Source of the DNA: Bugula neritina
Taxonomy: Eukaryota > Animalia > Bryozoa
Length of the DNA stretch: 36,781 bases
Assembly (NCBI GenBank): GCA_964035545.1
Contig: CAXIUT010000309.1
Location: 1 to 36,781, forward strand
Direction: 5' to 3'
The notes under the pieces were generated by a model. The model ran no database searches and was not told the origin of the DNA. It saw only the letters and a program-made list of their open reading frames with translations. Below, one piece after another: positions 12,151 through 27,691 of the stretch; position 1 is the first letter of the stretch; each line of letters begins with the position of its first letter. Both the position numbers and the translations under genes were made by a program.

Positions 12151-13365
12151 TCATAATTTTTCAAAATTTTTGTCATTCCTATTTTTGATTGGAAAACATC
12201 TCCTTGTAGTATCTTTCATATTCAAAACCTTTTTTGACCTTTTATTATCATCAATTTTCAGTTCTCCTAAAATATTAGAGCAATCATGGGTTTAAAAGTT
12301 CATATTATCGATGTTTTTATTTTAATTTTGCTAAAATTATCTAACATTGGCAGTAGGTGTTTTCCTGAACTTATCTACCTTTCTAGACTTATCTTATTTA
12401 ACAGTATTACCTCTTTTAGAAGTCTCACAAATAAACGGTTCACAATTATTTGATATTTTCCTCAATAACCGTAAATATCTTTTTTTAATTTCAACAAAAG
12501 ATAAACGATATTCAGGCTAAGAAAGGGCTAATAAGACCATTTAAATGATATCATCTTCAATAGTAGAAAGATGGCTTGAAGATAAGTCAGATAAATATTT
12601 ATTTTATGAGTTATATTTCTCTTGAAGTTTCTCTTTTTTATTTTAAAAATCTGACCAGCAAAACGAAAAGTTTTGAAAATTATAGCAATCTGAACAATTC
12701 TACTAAACTAAAAGACTCAATAATATCATTCCTATACTAAAAACAGATGATTCCTCTGTTTTTTTATTGATAGTAGTCAGATCAAAAGGATCAAAAAATA
12801 TTTATTGTTCTTAGTATTCTTAAAAAGATGGTATATAGAGAAACTTAAATTTATTACTACTTCTAAAGAAGATCAGTTTGTCACTATGAAAAGAAACCCA
12901 CTCTTGATTAAGTTAATTATGCTCCTAAACAATATCTATCAAAGATTTAACCAGCTGCAAAATCTAAAAAGGAGTATATGCCACAATATCACTCAGAGAT
13001 TTATCATCTTTATTCAAATTTACTTCATTTAGTAATTCAGATAAGGTACTTTCGCCGTACTAGATCAAAGCTTTAAAATTAATATTAATTCCACAGACCA
13101 GTGTCTGAACTTGTGATTCATGTTTAGTTAAATTACAACTATTACGAAAAGATATATTTATCCATTTATGCATTATCTCTTTTTGCTTCTTATTATTTAT
13201 AATCCTAGAAAAAAATATTGATCTTTCATGATCCTAAGTTTCAACGAGAGTCAAACCGTTGCTCAGAGTAGTCTTTTTTGAATAGTTAGCCAACTCAAAC
13301 GATGAATTTCTTTCTTGTTAAAAAGGTTTCAGCGTACACATAGTATTGTTATGAATACTACCCAT
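12151..13365 (-). CDS. Protein-kinase-like (probable pseudokinase) protein, 404 aa
   Basis: TGA-free frame under TAR=Glu; SSVFSIGMILLSLLVEENCSDCYNF resembles kinase subdomain IX; no recognisable HRD/DFG motifs. Confidence 0.6.
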
Positions 13366-13416
13366 ATTCTACTTTTAACAGCTATTATATGAATGCTAAT
13401 TTATAAAGATGTTAAA

Positions 13417-14013
13417 TCAAGCTAGTTTATGCTTCTGGAAGATCTTCTTCACCTCCTCAAAGACTTCTTCAGGTGTAACCTCAGAACTGACATTATAGTT
13501 CTTATTTTTTTCTGTATAGTACTTGATAATTTCTTTAGTTTCGTTTTAATAGGTTACAAAACGTTTCTTTATACTTTAAAGATTGTCATCGCTTCGTCCA
13601 CTTGTCTCTCCTCTTTTCAATAATCTTTCAATCATTACTTCTTGACTACATTCCAAGTGTAAAATAAAAGGCAAGTTAATCTTATCGTTCATAAGTTTTT
13701 CCCACGTTGATAAATTTTCAATATTTCTGGGAAAACCGTCAATAAGAAATCTGCCTCCTTAAAATCCTGCCTTCTGCATAGCAGCTTCCAGAAGACTTAC
13801 TGTGATTTAACTTGGAACAATTTTTCCTTCCACAATGTTTTTCTCTATAATTTATCCAAACTTTGATCCTGGAGTTTTTCGTTCGGCTCGAAGAAGGTCT
13901 CCAGCTGAGAGGTGAGTAAATTTAAACTCTTTTTAGATGCGTTAGCTTTGAGTTCCTTTTCCTGATCCAGGTCCACCCAAGATGAAGACAACTGTAGTAG
14001 TTTTATTTTCCAT
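13417..14013 (-). CDS. CMPK1: UMP-CMP kinase (adenylate kinase family), 198 aa
   Basis: VVFILGGPGSGKGTQ, HLSAGDLLRAER, GKIVPSEIT, FLIDGFPRN, GRSDDNLESIKKRF; intronless. Confidence 0.95.
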
Positions 14014-14088
14014 CAACAAATCTAAAGATATTATAAGCAATAAATATGATAAATAGCAATAAAAAAGAGATAAATCGACTTATGAAGA

Positions 14089-16182
<2,094 letters not shown>

Positions 16183-16337
16183 AGTTGAATAATATTTAAC
16201 TAATCGATTTAAAAACATCATATCTTTTCTTGTAGTTTTTATAAAAGAAATTATCATCACACATTTAAATTTAATTCTGAAACTACTCACATTCTAATGA
16301 TTAATTAAATCAATAGGTAATAAAATATTGATTTATA

Positions 16338-18002
16338 TCATTTACTTTAATCAAACATCTTAGAAGATATTGAATGCAGAGTTTCATAAATCGAGTTGAA
16401 ATGTTCAGGAAATCTAGTATCAATAGCACTCATCAACTCATTTAAATTTTTATTTTCTTATAAAGAAAAACTCCTACTCTCATATCTCAAATTCATCAAC
16501 AGTCCTATCATCGACATCAACAATTTCTACATTTCCTCCTTATTGTCTATCTATAAACTACTTCCATTCAAACACCCACTCACCTTTTTAAACATTTATT
16601 TTGTCAATTGATCTGTTTTTGTCTATATTTATGTATTTATACCTATCTATGACTGTTAATTATTTGTTTTATCTGCTTAGAAGCAAAAAGATCTGAATTC
16701 TAACTACTTTTATCTAACTACTTTTACATCAAATTCAAAGGATTTATCAATATTGATGCAAAATTTCTTCCTACTTTATCTTGATCTATATTATTCTTAT
16801 TATTACTAATTCCAGAAAGACCTCTACATCTAAATTTCGATATTATATGCCGAATTCCAATACTGAGAATATTGATATTTGATCCTATCCACCCATACTG
16901 CTGAAAAAAGATATTATCAAATGAACCTTCTTCTTTCTGTACCATTTCAGCTTCATTATTGTACTCTCGAAGCAACTTCACAAAATCATTTTTTAACTCA
17001 AGAAGACGAATCAATAATCCCATCACCTCATAGTCTATATTCTAAATTACAACTCTCTGCTGTCCACTTATATCTCTTGGAGCCATTAAAATATCCATCA
17101 CTTTCTGTGTTCCCAATTCTGGACGCTGAAATTTAACCATAAATTGATTTTCCTTGTAAATCGCAAGAATGCTACCACTATGTAGATGCCCACACACAGG
17201 GTGTAAAGCTACTACCTCTTTGCCCACTCCAAGTTCAGAATCTCTGCCTTTCTAGATTATTTTAGATCTACCTGTTTTGGAGCAATTCTTGCCTGAGATC
17301 TAAAATCAGCTAGCTTATCCAATTCCATATTGATAAATTCAGGTCCAAATACTTTAGGAGTAGGAAGAGCCTGTCTCATCATGCGATGGTCATAGTAAGA
17401 CATTCTTTCTGGGTTCATTTAGATTTCATTGAGAAGCTTGCGTAACGGCTACTCTCTAAGATATGGCCTATCAAGTGAGCAGTAAAATTGATCATGAAAA
17501 GTCCATTGACAGTTATCATTTAGTGTTCCTACGGGAGTTCCTGAAAATCCTTTTCTTCCTTTTTTTTAAAACAAAGAGTGACATTCAGATGTGTTTTGAT
17601 CAAAAAATTGAACAGTCTATTAAAGACTATGACGATCAATCTGTTCAGTAGGTTTGACTTTTCGCTTACTTTTACAAATATACTCTTTTCGAGGCAACTA
17701 TTATTCCATTTTCATCTAAGCAAATTGTTTAAATATTGACCCTTTGTTTTAAGTTATAGAAGTTACAAGAGGAGGACGTTCTTCTTTGATTTTATTTTAT
17801 GTTCTTTGTTTGATATAGTAGAGCAAATCAGAAGTACTTATTTATTTGTTCAAAATATTCATTAGCGGTTCAAGCTATTTTTCAGCAGAATTTTCTGATA
17901 TTCTCTAATCTACTAGTTCTAATTAAGTGATAAGGTACATTTTTCAATGATTGCGATTTATTATGGAGAAAATGTAGGTTTGATCTGTTATTCAGGAACC
18001 AT
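16338..18002 (-). CDS. LIN9: LIN9/ALWAYS EARLY homolog (DIRP + Tudor domains; MuvB/DREAM subunit)
   Basis: QWTFHDQFYCSLDRPYL...LPTPKVFGPEFINMELDKLADFR (DIRP-like) followed by LGVGKEVVALHP...HSGSILA...VKFQRPELGTQKVMD (Tudor); three 20-nt introns give a continuous frame. Confidence 0.8.
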
Positions 18003-18084
18003 CTTTGATTAAAATTTAAATCGACTGAAAAGATATTAAAATAAATAAATATGAAAGAATAGTCATCATTCTAATTAATATATA

Positions 18085-18756
18085 TCACTTTCTTTATCTT
18101 TATAAATAAACAGAAGGTTTGCAATAACTTTTTATTGAACTAAATTGCTTCTTAAATTTTAACTTTTCTTATCCTGACTTTTTTATCTCTTCTTATTCCT
18201 TTTTTTCTTAATCTTAAAATTTAAATGTAGGATTTTTCTTTAATTTATAAAGATTACTGACACTAAAATTATGACCTATTTATTTTTTTTAATGATTTTT
18301 TAACTTTTTTTTTAACTATGATACCTAGCGTCTTATTAGTTGTTTTGAACTATTACTTGTATCATTTTCAAATTCTTTATATTTATTTTATTTCCTCTTT
18401 AAATTTCCATATTACCCATAAAACTCTGAATTTATGAATGGATTATTTAGGCATCTAGGTGATTTGATTTCTTTCTTTTAATTCCAAAAAATATCAGTTC
18501 TAGGTGTTTCTTTTATACTTTTCTTCGGTTGAATATACTAATTTACAGGAATTTCTTAATTTTTTCTTTATATATTATCAACTTCTTTTCTTAGTTTTAT
18601 CAATATGGTATTTTCCATAATATTCTCATCTCTTTTATATCTTAAATAGGGAAGTCGAGTCAATGAATGGTACAATGTCAAGTTTTATTCTCCATAATTT
18701 AGTAAAAAAGTATTAGGACTTCTTTTATACTATTATCTAAAAGGATTCGATGACAT
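18085..18756 (-). CDS. Hypothetical Lys/Glu-rich protein (223 aa)
   Basis: ATG18756 to TGA18085 uninterrupted under TAR=Glu; fills the gap between LIN9 and kinesin. Confidence 0.65.
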
Positions 18757-18815
18757 CTCTATTAATTTATCAATAATTATTTATTAAATAACATTAACAC
18801 TAATCCTTTCAGTAA

Positions 18816-20399
18816 TCATTTCTTCATTTTACACTCTCCAACTCCCTATGCAAAGTTCAATGATATCCTAGTCTGATTTACATCAATATCTTCAGGAGAT
18901 ATATTAACAAACATCAAAGTTTTACTATCTCCTTCCAAATACTTTTGCAACACATAAGTTAATTTGGAATTTCGATATGAAATATGGTCAGCATTTCTTC
19001 TTAGTTAGTTTATCACACTTCCTAAAGCACTAAGTGATTTATTAATAAATTGAGTTTCCTTTAATAGTTCACCCTCAACTTTACTTTGTTTTAACCTTTC
19101 ACTACCTGCTAAATCTACAAATACAAGTGATCCTTTTCTTCTATCTTCATTTTTCTAACTAAAACCTTCTAAACGAAGAGTTATTATCAAATGAGACCTA
19201 CTCGAACGTTAGTTCATATTTGTGGCTGCTTTTTTTCTATTAAATGTTGCTTCTTTAAGATAAGCAAGTACTTCTTCAATTTAATTTACTTCTACTTCAG
19301 TCATTTTATCTTTATTCGATTAGTGTTTGCCAATTAAATCAAAAATATTTTCCAGATAAATCTATTGAATAGAAAGATAAACTTTGAAAATCCATTTGAA
19401 TTTTTTGCTTTGTTAAATTTGTTTAAATATAAGTTAAATACTCCTTGGAGTGATTCCTCTTTCTTCATACTGTTGCTATTTACTTCTTTATTATTCTTCG
19501 GGACCTAAAAGAGTGTAAGTTTTTCCTGAGCCAGTTTGTCCATAAGCAAAAATACAAACATTTTTTCCATCAATAGAACTTTGAACAAGTTGAGAAAGTT
19601 ATGTGAAAATTGTGTTTTGAGTTTAATTTTGATTAAATATTTGTTAAAACAAGTATCCTTGTTCACATTTTTATGTTATATTTCTCGTTCCTTATCTCTA
19701 ATACGTTAATTTCAAAGTATTATCTGAAGTTACTGAAACAACACTATTTCCTTTCTTAGAAGGTCTAACTCTGCAATAAACTCTTATATTCCCTTTTATT
19801 TATTGAAGATCATTGTTTAGTTTCTTCTTCAAAATAAACATTTCCTCATTTTGAATTTCAAGCTGATGTAAAACTTTAAATAAACGATTGATTTAATTAT
19901 CTTGCCATGAAACTTGGTTTCCCAGTTATTTAACTGTTAGTTCTTTCTTTTTCAAAACCTAATCTACTTCTTCAAGATATTTCTCTTCTTTCTCATATTA
20001 CATTTTGATTTAGTCCATTTTTTAACAACTTTATTGATATTAAGCTTTTTTGCTTAATGCAACGTTTGTATTCTTTTCAAGAGTAGCTAATTTTGGTTTT
20101 AATTACTTCATTAGTAGTTCTTAAGATTTTTTTGATTCCATAAGTTATTGTATTTAGCATTTATTCTTCTTTTATACCTTTTCTAATTCAGAATATTCCT
20201 CCATACATTCTTGTAAATTAGCCTCTAAGACTTAAATAAGGTAATCCATTTGATCATTTGATTTTTCAGCTTATCTAATTGCTTTATCAGTCACCATAAG
20301 TAAGTATTTTTGATAGGTAATTTCATCTTTAGTTGAAAAGATAGGTTCTGGATTAAGATATTAAGGGTTTTCTAACCTTTTACTATTCTTGGCTTTCAT
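18816..20399 (-). CDS. Kinesin-14 family C-terminal motor protein (527 aa)
   Basis: Coiled coil then [13 protein letters not shown] neck, [15 protein letters not shown]-loop, [38 protein letters not shown]. Confidence 0.95.
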
Positions 20400-20472
20400 A
20401 CTTCAAATTAAATTTGATAGTAAATTATACCCGCTTCAAATTAGTCAATCATAATAAAATAATCAAATCATA

Positions 20473-22305
20473 TCAAACTTTTAAAACCTTTTTGTTCTTC
20501 AAACTAGTTCCACTCTTTGTAAATATCTAATGATCTTGCTAAGCATCCAATTCATTTAGCTTTCCCACATTTTTATGATAATTATACTCATGAATTAAAG
20601 GATCTCCAACAACTTTAAGTTGCTTAGGATCTTTTGAAGCTTGATGCTTGTATACTTGACGATAAGGATCATAAGAATCTTCCTTTCTGCTTCCAGAGGG
20701 TTTACTTGAAGGTGATTTTTTATTTTTCAAAGTTTATTCATATTATACCCGTTTCTTTTTATTTTTAGGATCTTATTTATGATTTCCAGTTGTATTACGT
20801 TTTTGATATTAATTGAAAATCTCTTCTTTTTTTCTTTCAATTTACATCTGCAATTATTTTCTTCTTTATTCTTATCTTTGTAAAGTTTTCTGACTTTATT
20901 TTCGACTTTTCTTTTGCACTTATTTCACATTTTTTGCTTTCTATTATTTTTTTGATGAACTCTTATACGTATCTTCTTTTTTAACTTATTTCGGCTGCTT
21001 TATACGAGCATCTTTTACTATCTTTTCACACCACTACTCACTCTCCTCATTAAAATTTTAATAATTACTTTAAGCTCCTAATTTGGAATGAATCTGAGGA
21101 TGATCTCCAATGAGTTAATCAGATAAATTTTAATACATATTTTCCTCTAAAATACCTCCTTTTTATTTCATCGCCTTTCTGACTCGTCTATTTCTATCTT
21201 TTTCTTTAAGTCTTTATAAATTAAACATTTTCATTTCAGAAAATGTACTAAAATGATCAGCTGAGTTCTTGAAACTAGTTCTAGATATACTTGGATCATA
21301 TTTCTTTGATTTAGAAACTATATCTTTAGCTCTAATATCTATAGCTCTTAGTTTAGCTGCTTTTATTTGTTCTTACTGTTTTTATTTTTATTTTTATTGT
21401 TTTTTACTTTTCTTATACTCTTCAGCTTTTTTATGAATAAATTTCTATATTTATGCTATTTTAGTTGGAGAAGTTCTTAAGTGATGATTAGGACATATAT
21501 CAGGACATTAATAAGGTTGCTTCTTACTCTTTTCTTCATATTTTTTTATTCTTTAATTAATCTTATTTATTTCTTATTTCTTGTTTTATAAATCTGGATC
21601 ATAAGGAAGTATCTTTCTACATTGAACTCGACTTTTACAATGATAAGGCTCATGATTCCATCGATAGTGAGGATTAAACTATTTTTATTAACCTTATTTC
21701 TATTTTTACTCCTCTTCTCTATGCTGAATAGTAAACTTTAGTTTTTGTAAGTTTTCTTTAATCATTTCTTTCAATCTCTTTCTTTCATTAATATCTGTCT
21801 TCTAGAGGAGTTTTCTTTCATTCAAATATTCTCTTGCACGATTTTGAGTAATTTTAATGTAATCGTTAATACATTATCTATTAAATCTGGGAGATAGAGG
21901 TTCTCTTTCTTAATTTAAAATATTTATATCTTCAATATCTTTAAATCCTCCTCCAGTACGACGTCTAGTTTATCTAATTTTATCAACGCTTTTATAGTTA
22001 TCGAATCTTGCCTTTGTTTTCGAATCATTCTATTACACATTTCTTTCCATCTTTCTAGTTTGTCTATTAGTATTCATTTGGGTTCTATTCCCTCCTTTTT
22101 TTTGATTTTGTTGTTAGTGATATTCTTCTATTTCTTTGAGTTCATTAAAAGCTTAAAGATTGGCTTACAAGCACTAAGAACAGGAACAGTCAGAATCACC
22201 AACATCAGAAAGAGAAGTATCAAGTAATTAACATGAACAATCAATCTCTTAGTCTGAACTTAAAGCCTTTTTTATTCCTTTTTTTTGCTCCTTTCGCAAC
22301 TTCAT
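20473..22305 (-). CDS. Hypothetical charged/coiled-coil protein (~610 aa)
   Basis: Start, stop and the internal segments spot-checked are in one TGA-free frame under TAR=Glu; N-terminal Cys/acidic patch (DCSCE...DSDCSCSECLE); includes ORF-track fragment 20539..20730. Confidence 0.7.
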
Positions 22306-22449
22306 GCTGTTAGAAAACAATAATAAGGTTTAAATACAAAATAACAAAAATATTAAAAACTTCTGATTTTGATAAAAAGTTATTGATTAAAAAGTAATAC
22401 TTCAAGATTTTAATCGATAGTTATTCATTTTTCAGACATTGAATAAACA

Positions 22450-22710
22450 TCATAATTTATCTCTCATTTTTAAATATCCACTAAGATCTTCTAAAGGATC
22501 ATAGTTACTGTTCGAGTAAGATGTCTGATAGGAAGAATAAGAAGAACTTGCACTTTCTTAGGATTCTGGTTGATAGTTTTGTTCATTTATTCTATTCAAG
22601 TTGACCTCAAGAGGAGACCTATCAAGCTGTTTATGAACCAGTCTGCAAGGAAGAGAATTATCAGACTAGATCTAATATTTGTTTGGTTTGCAAGGAAGGG
22701 AGTTAGTCAT
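22450..22710 (-). CDS. Small hypothetical protein (~86 aa)
   Basis: MTNSLPCKPNKYEIESDNSLPCRLVHK... with an internal NSLPC duplication; higher GC than flanks; TGA at 22450. Confidence 0.5.
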
Positions 22711-22874
22711 TATTGATTATTTATAATTAACTGACTAAAAAAAATATAAAATAATATGCTAAATAATAACAAACTTGAAAAAAACAAGAAATTAATTAAA
22801 AAATTGTACTTTTATAGAATAATAAAATATAATTGAAGAGTATTAATATTCTTAATAATTAAATTGCATTGTTG

Positions 22875-23125
22875 ATGGGAAGTCAATAAATTTGCATAAA
22901 CCGCAGAAAAGAAAACTTTAGAAAGAAAAAGTATTTATGATCTTATCTAGACGTATTGTAAAAAAATGTATGCGTACTCAATCAAATGTCAATCACAAAT
23001 ACAGTACAACTGATAAACCTATCACTGACAAGAAAGCTAGAAGAGAACAAAAAAAACTATAAATCAAACAACAAAAGAAAGCAAATAAAAAATAAAAAAG
23101 ATAAAGTAAAATGGATGTAGAATGA
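22875..23125 (+). CDS. Small basic protein (76 aa)
   Basis: MGSQEICINRRKENFRKKKRIVKK...KKARREQKK...SKMDVE*; 20-nt intron 22931-22950. Confidence 0.7.
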
Positions 23126-23193
23126 TTATTTGACCTTTCTTTAAATAATATTTAGAATAAAATAAAATATTGAAAAAAAGCTATTTAAATAAG

Positions 23194-23942
23194 TCAAAAT
23201 TTATCAAAAGTTGAATAGGTGTATTGCTTTAATTCTTCTATGTTTTAAGGAGCTTAACTTTTTGAAAAATCTACCTAAACAATTGCATACATTTAACAGC
23301 TGATTCATGGAAAAAAGATACCCTCTTAGGTTATCTCTATTATTAATTATCATCATCTTATGATGTATTTTACTCCTTATCCTGTATTTTACGACTATAT
23401 TATCTTGTCTTTATTCGTTTTGCTATTTTTTTACTAGTCTTTTTTATTGTAAAACTTTAAGATTGCAATAATGAAGGAGTTTCTAGAAAATTCTAAGACA
23501 ATTTAAGATTTTCCTATTCAATCATTGATTGATCTAGCTTTTCTTTATACTATGAACCCAAGTTGATAAAAAAATTATTCTTTTTCCTTTGCCCCCAATT
23601 CTGATAAATAGGTGCATTTGCGCGGATTCTTTAAAGCTCTTCTTTATGTTCCTAAGACCTCTCAATTTACTAATAGCTAAGACCATCTACTCTTAAGCAA
23701 TCTCTATCATTCAAAATATCAAATACTTCATTAGCTTCATCAAATATATATTTTTCTACCTTTCTAATTTCCTCTAACATTTCACAGTCCATAATATGAT
23801 CTTGATGATAGAGTTGTTAATTTGACTTATGCGAGTAGCTTACACCCTCTTTTAGTGGTTTGATTTAGTTAGCAATTCTTCTATAGGTAGGTTTATTAGT
23901 CATAACAAAACCGATAACAATAAAATAATCGTTGCAATCCAT
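23194..23942 (-). CDS. Hypothetical protein with C-terminal RVxF-type motif
   Basis: Open frame from ATG23942; 20-nt intron gtatgcaattgtttaggtag yields ...PKRVSFFHESAVKYFSKSEAPENIEE...DKF*. Confidence 0.6.
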
Positions 23943-24024
23943 AAAATAATAAATAGATAATATCACCTAATAAAATCTTATCAACTACAAATATTACTAA
24001 TGATAATCTAGCATATAAATAATC

Positions 24025-26574
24025 ATGATCAACCCGAAAATCATCATTTACCTCCTATCCATCACCACTCTCATCACCAACCAATCCTGCCCACCAACGT
24101 CAACTCTCATCAGTAGCCAATCACTATCATCTTCCTTCAATCAAACACTATCTTTATCAACATATGAATAAACTCTCTTCGATTACTTCAGCCAACCTGA
24201 TTACAACAACCTTAAAACCTACTTTCTGAGTCACAGTGTATTTTTTATTCCTTTGTGGTCGATGGCCATCCTCACTTTCATCTTCGCCATGGCATGTACC
24301 ATTCAAATCTGCTGCTTCAAATATTCAAAACGCCAGTAGTCCTGTTTTAACTTAGTCTCTGTGGAACAAAAATAGGATATAAAGCTTTTAGGCCAGCAAT
24401 AGTAACATGTTTGGTGTACTTTTACATAGCTTTAAGTTTTGTATTAATCGTATTAGTAATAATTACCTTCATCTTTTCCTCAGATCTAGTCAAATAAACC
24501 AACAACACCATCTGCAACTTCAATTCAACTCTGCTAGAAATATTCGATGGAACACCAACAGGAGTCACTCCCATCTGGTCAGGCGTTTAAAACTTTGATC
24601 TCTACACCTCTCAACTCTAAACCAACTTTGATAACATAATCCCTACTCTAAATTAAACATTCAGCTCTTCTGCTTATTTCTCTATAGTTGATAGTTCTTC
24701 AGGATCATTTTATGGCAATGCTATTTAAAATTACAGCTGTCCTACTAGTTTAGCATCATCATCAGTTAATTGTCCCTTTCCAGATAATACCCAATGCGCA
24801 GGTAATTCAAATCAACAAATACCTATTTTTAGTCAAAATTTTTGTCTTATAAATGTAACTGATTCAGCAGCATCTTTTATTTTGAATTAACAAGAACAAA
24901 ATTCAACAGTATGGAAAAATAGTCTATAAAATTTATCATCAACTTTAGCCTCATTTAATAACACTTCAAATTTTAGATAATTAGTCGACTAAAGCCAAGC
25001 TATTCAAAATTCTATAAGCAAGTATAAACCCTAATTAGAATCCTAAATTCAAACAGTAAAATATATTTTATACAGGCATATGATAAAGTATCAGCCATAG
25101 AAATATCTATTTATGTCCTACTATCTCTCTTTCTTATCCTAGGTTTTGTCACCTTCTCTGTCATATTCTGCATATTCTGTGCCAAAAGATACTATTGTAG
25201 ACAGATGCTCAATCCTCTCTGGATCATTTTTATTGTCCTCACGATCTTTTCATTCATAGCTTCAGGTATTCTGATTATAGCTACCTTTACTTCTTACGAT
25301 GGATGTATCGCATACAATGTTATCACTACCAACTCAAGTGCCCTCTCCTCACTTTCATACTATAACACAAGCCAAATAACTCAAGTACTTGAACACTGCT
25401 ACTTTCCTCCAGTAAATGCAAGCGATACTATCTTCTCTTCAATAGATCAAGAACAAAGCTTAATCGATCTTTAATCTATTCAAACCAACTATAATTCAGC
25501 CATACCTTCTTCATCTTTTGATACTGTTACAAAAAATATCCTCAATGATCTTAACCATATCCAAAATAACCCGAATATAGTGACCTTAGTTGGCTCAAAT
25601 TCATCACAAAATCCATAAGCTGCTCTTACTGCTGCTAACTCCTTCGCAAGCAATGGTGGTAGTTCTACTTGCTCAGCTGTCAATGACTTCTTTGCTTACA
25701 ATCCTGCTGACTGCTATCCCTTCTTACTCAATCAAGTACCTAATTCATTATTTAGTCGATAGACACTACTTGTTTACTTATTGATAACAATACCTAAACT
25801 ACAGTAAATGCAAGATAGACTAATTTTATCAACAATAATTGCAGTAGTAATTTTGCCACTTATCAGGCCAATTTTGTAACATTGAATAATTTTGGTCGAA
25901 ATATCAACTCATTATCGAATCAATACATCAGTGACACAGGCATTACCACATATTAAAACAATTATTTCAACTATCATCAAGCAGTCAATAGCTTTCTAGA
26001 CAATAATACCAGAACATTATTTAATAGCTTTCTTAATCCTTACACTCTCCTTATTGATGGCTCTTCCTGCTCATATTTAACCAACACCATTGATAACTTA
26101 GTCCATAATACCTGTAATAGTAACTTTCCTTATCTGTATGTAGTCAGCATTCTTTCCTCTTTCATCAGCTGTACTTTCCTATCACTGATGATAATTACTT
26201 ATTTTTTAACAGTCAGAATGGAATTCTTTGAATTTATCAATGGAGATTATGATAAATACGATCCTGATGCCTTTTCAGAAGCTCAATCAGTCGTCTAATC
26301 CAATAAATAAGAATCAAATAGATAAAAACTTCTATAAATCCCATAAATTCAATAAAATTCTCCATAAAATACAAACAACAATGTCATACAAACAAATCAA
26401 TAAACAACACCTCAAAGATTGACACCTCAAAATTATAACCCAAGACACGATGCCCTCTATATTTTATAAGATCCTCGCAACAGTGACAACTATAACTATC
26501 AAAGTCCACCTCCATAGTACTATAGAAGATCACCAGCACCTCTTCGCTATATGTCAGCGCCAAGACCTCAATGA
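24025..26574 (+). CDS. Multi-pass membrane glycoprotein, tweety/prominin-like topology
   Basis: Signal peptide, about five hydrophobic helices separated by two large Asn/Ser/Cys-rich loops, Cys clusters beside the TMs (QICCF, FCIFCAKRYYC); 20-nt introns 24336-24355, 25056-25075, 25736-25755. Confidence 0.75.
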
Positions 26575-26625
26575 TTGATTTATAGTTAACTATTTCTTTT
26601 CTAACGTTTATTAATATGATTAAAA

Positions 26626-27641
26626 ATGAAATAAGAAACAGACCAAGTCACCAAATTCGCAGCCCTCTTTCCACAATAAAAACTCTCCATCACAGCAATC
26701 ACATGGAATCTCTTCGGTAGCATCCCTCCCTCCGAATCTTTATAACAACTATTTGCAATCAATCAAATGATCGATCACTCTGACATCATCTTCTTTGGCA
26801 CACAAGAATGCTAGCGATCACTAACGGCTTCTCTTTGCTGTTAATCGAAAGATCTATGGTAGTAAAAGTTACAATAACAATGTCCTAATTATTTTTTGAT
26901 CGGATGCTAAGCTATGCGAGGACTTCATATTGCTATTCTTTTAAAGAGATCTTTGAAAGATTATTACGAACTTTAACAAAAAACAAAGCTAAAAGCAGGA
27001 GCATGCAATTTGATGGGCAATAAAGGAGCAATAAGCATAGAATGTAGTATTTTAGGTCAAAGTTTTCAATTTATAAATTGTCATCTAGCAGCACATCAAA
27101 ATTAATGCTAACGTCGTAATTAAACAATCCATAGAATACTATAATAGATGATAGTAAAAAATGCAAAAACATAAGTTATTTTTTTAGGTGATCTAAACTA
27201 CAGAATAGATATGTAAAAAAAATAATATCAATAAATGATAACTAATAAAAATAATTCAAACGCATAAATGAACTATCAAGCTATGATCGATAGAGATCAA
27301 CTCAAATTACAAAAATAACTCAAAAATAACTTTCTTACTCATTTCTAATAAGGAGTCATCGACTTCCCTCCCACCTATAAAATCAGTATTTGTGTTAATA
27401 GATAGATCTTAATACTGGAGTGTATAATAAGGAAAGAATACCAGGATGGACTGATAGAATATTTCATCGAATCGGTGGAAAATTAGTAAGAACCAGCTAT
27501 ACCTGTGGATATGATATATATGGATGTGACCATCGACCAGTAATAGCTTTTTATCAGTTGCCAATCGACTAAAACGGCTTTGAAATCAACAGTGAATATT
27601 TTATAGGCGTAAAAGGAGGAAATAATTGTCAAATCATATGA
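26626..27641 (+). CDS. Inositol polyphosphate 5-phosphatase with C-terminal CaaX box
   Basis: ITWN, FGTQEC, GNKGA, FINCHLAAH, FLGDLNYR, FPPTYK, RIPGWTDRI, CDHRPV; ends NNCQII*; 20-nt intron 27386-27405. Confidence 0.93.
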
Positions 27642-27691
27642 ATATACTCATTTTTTCAAATATTTGTGACTCTATTTATAAAGATTAACTA

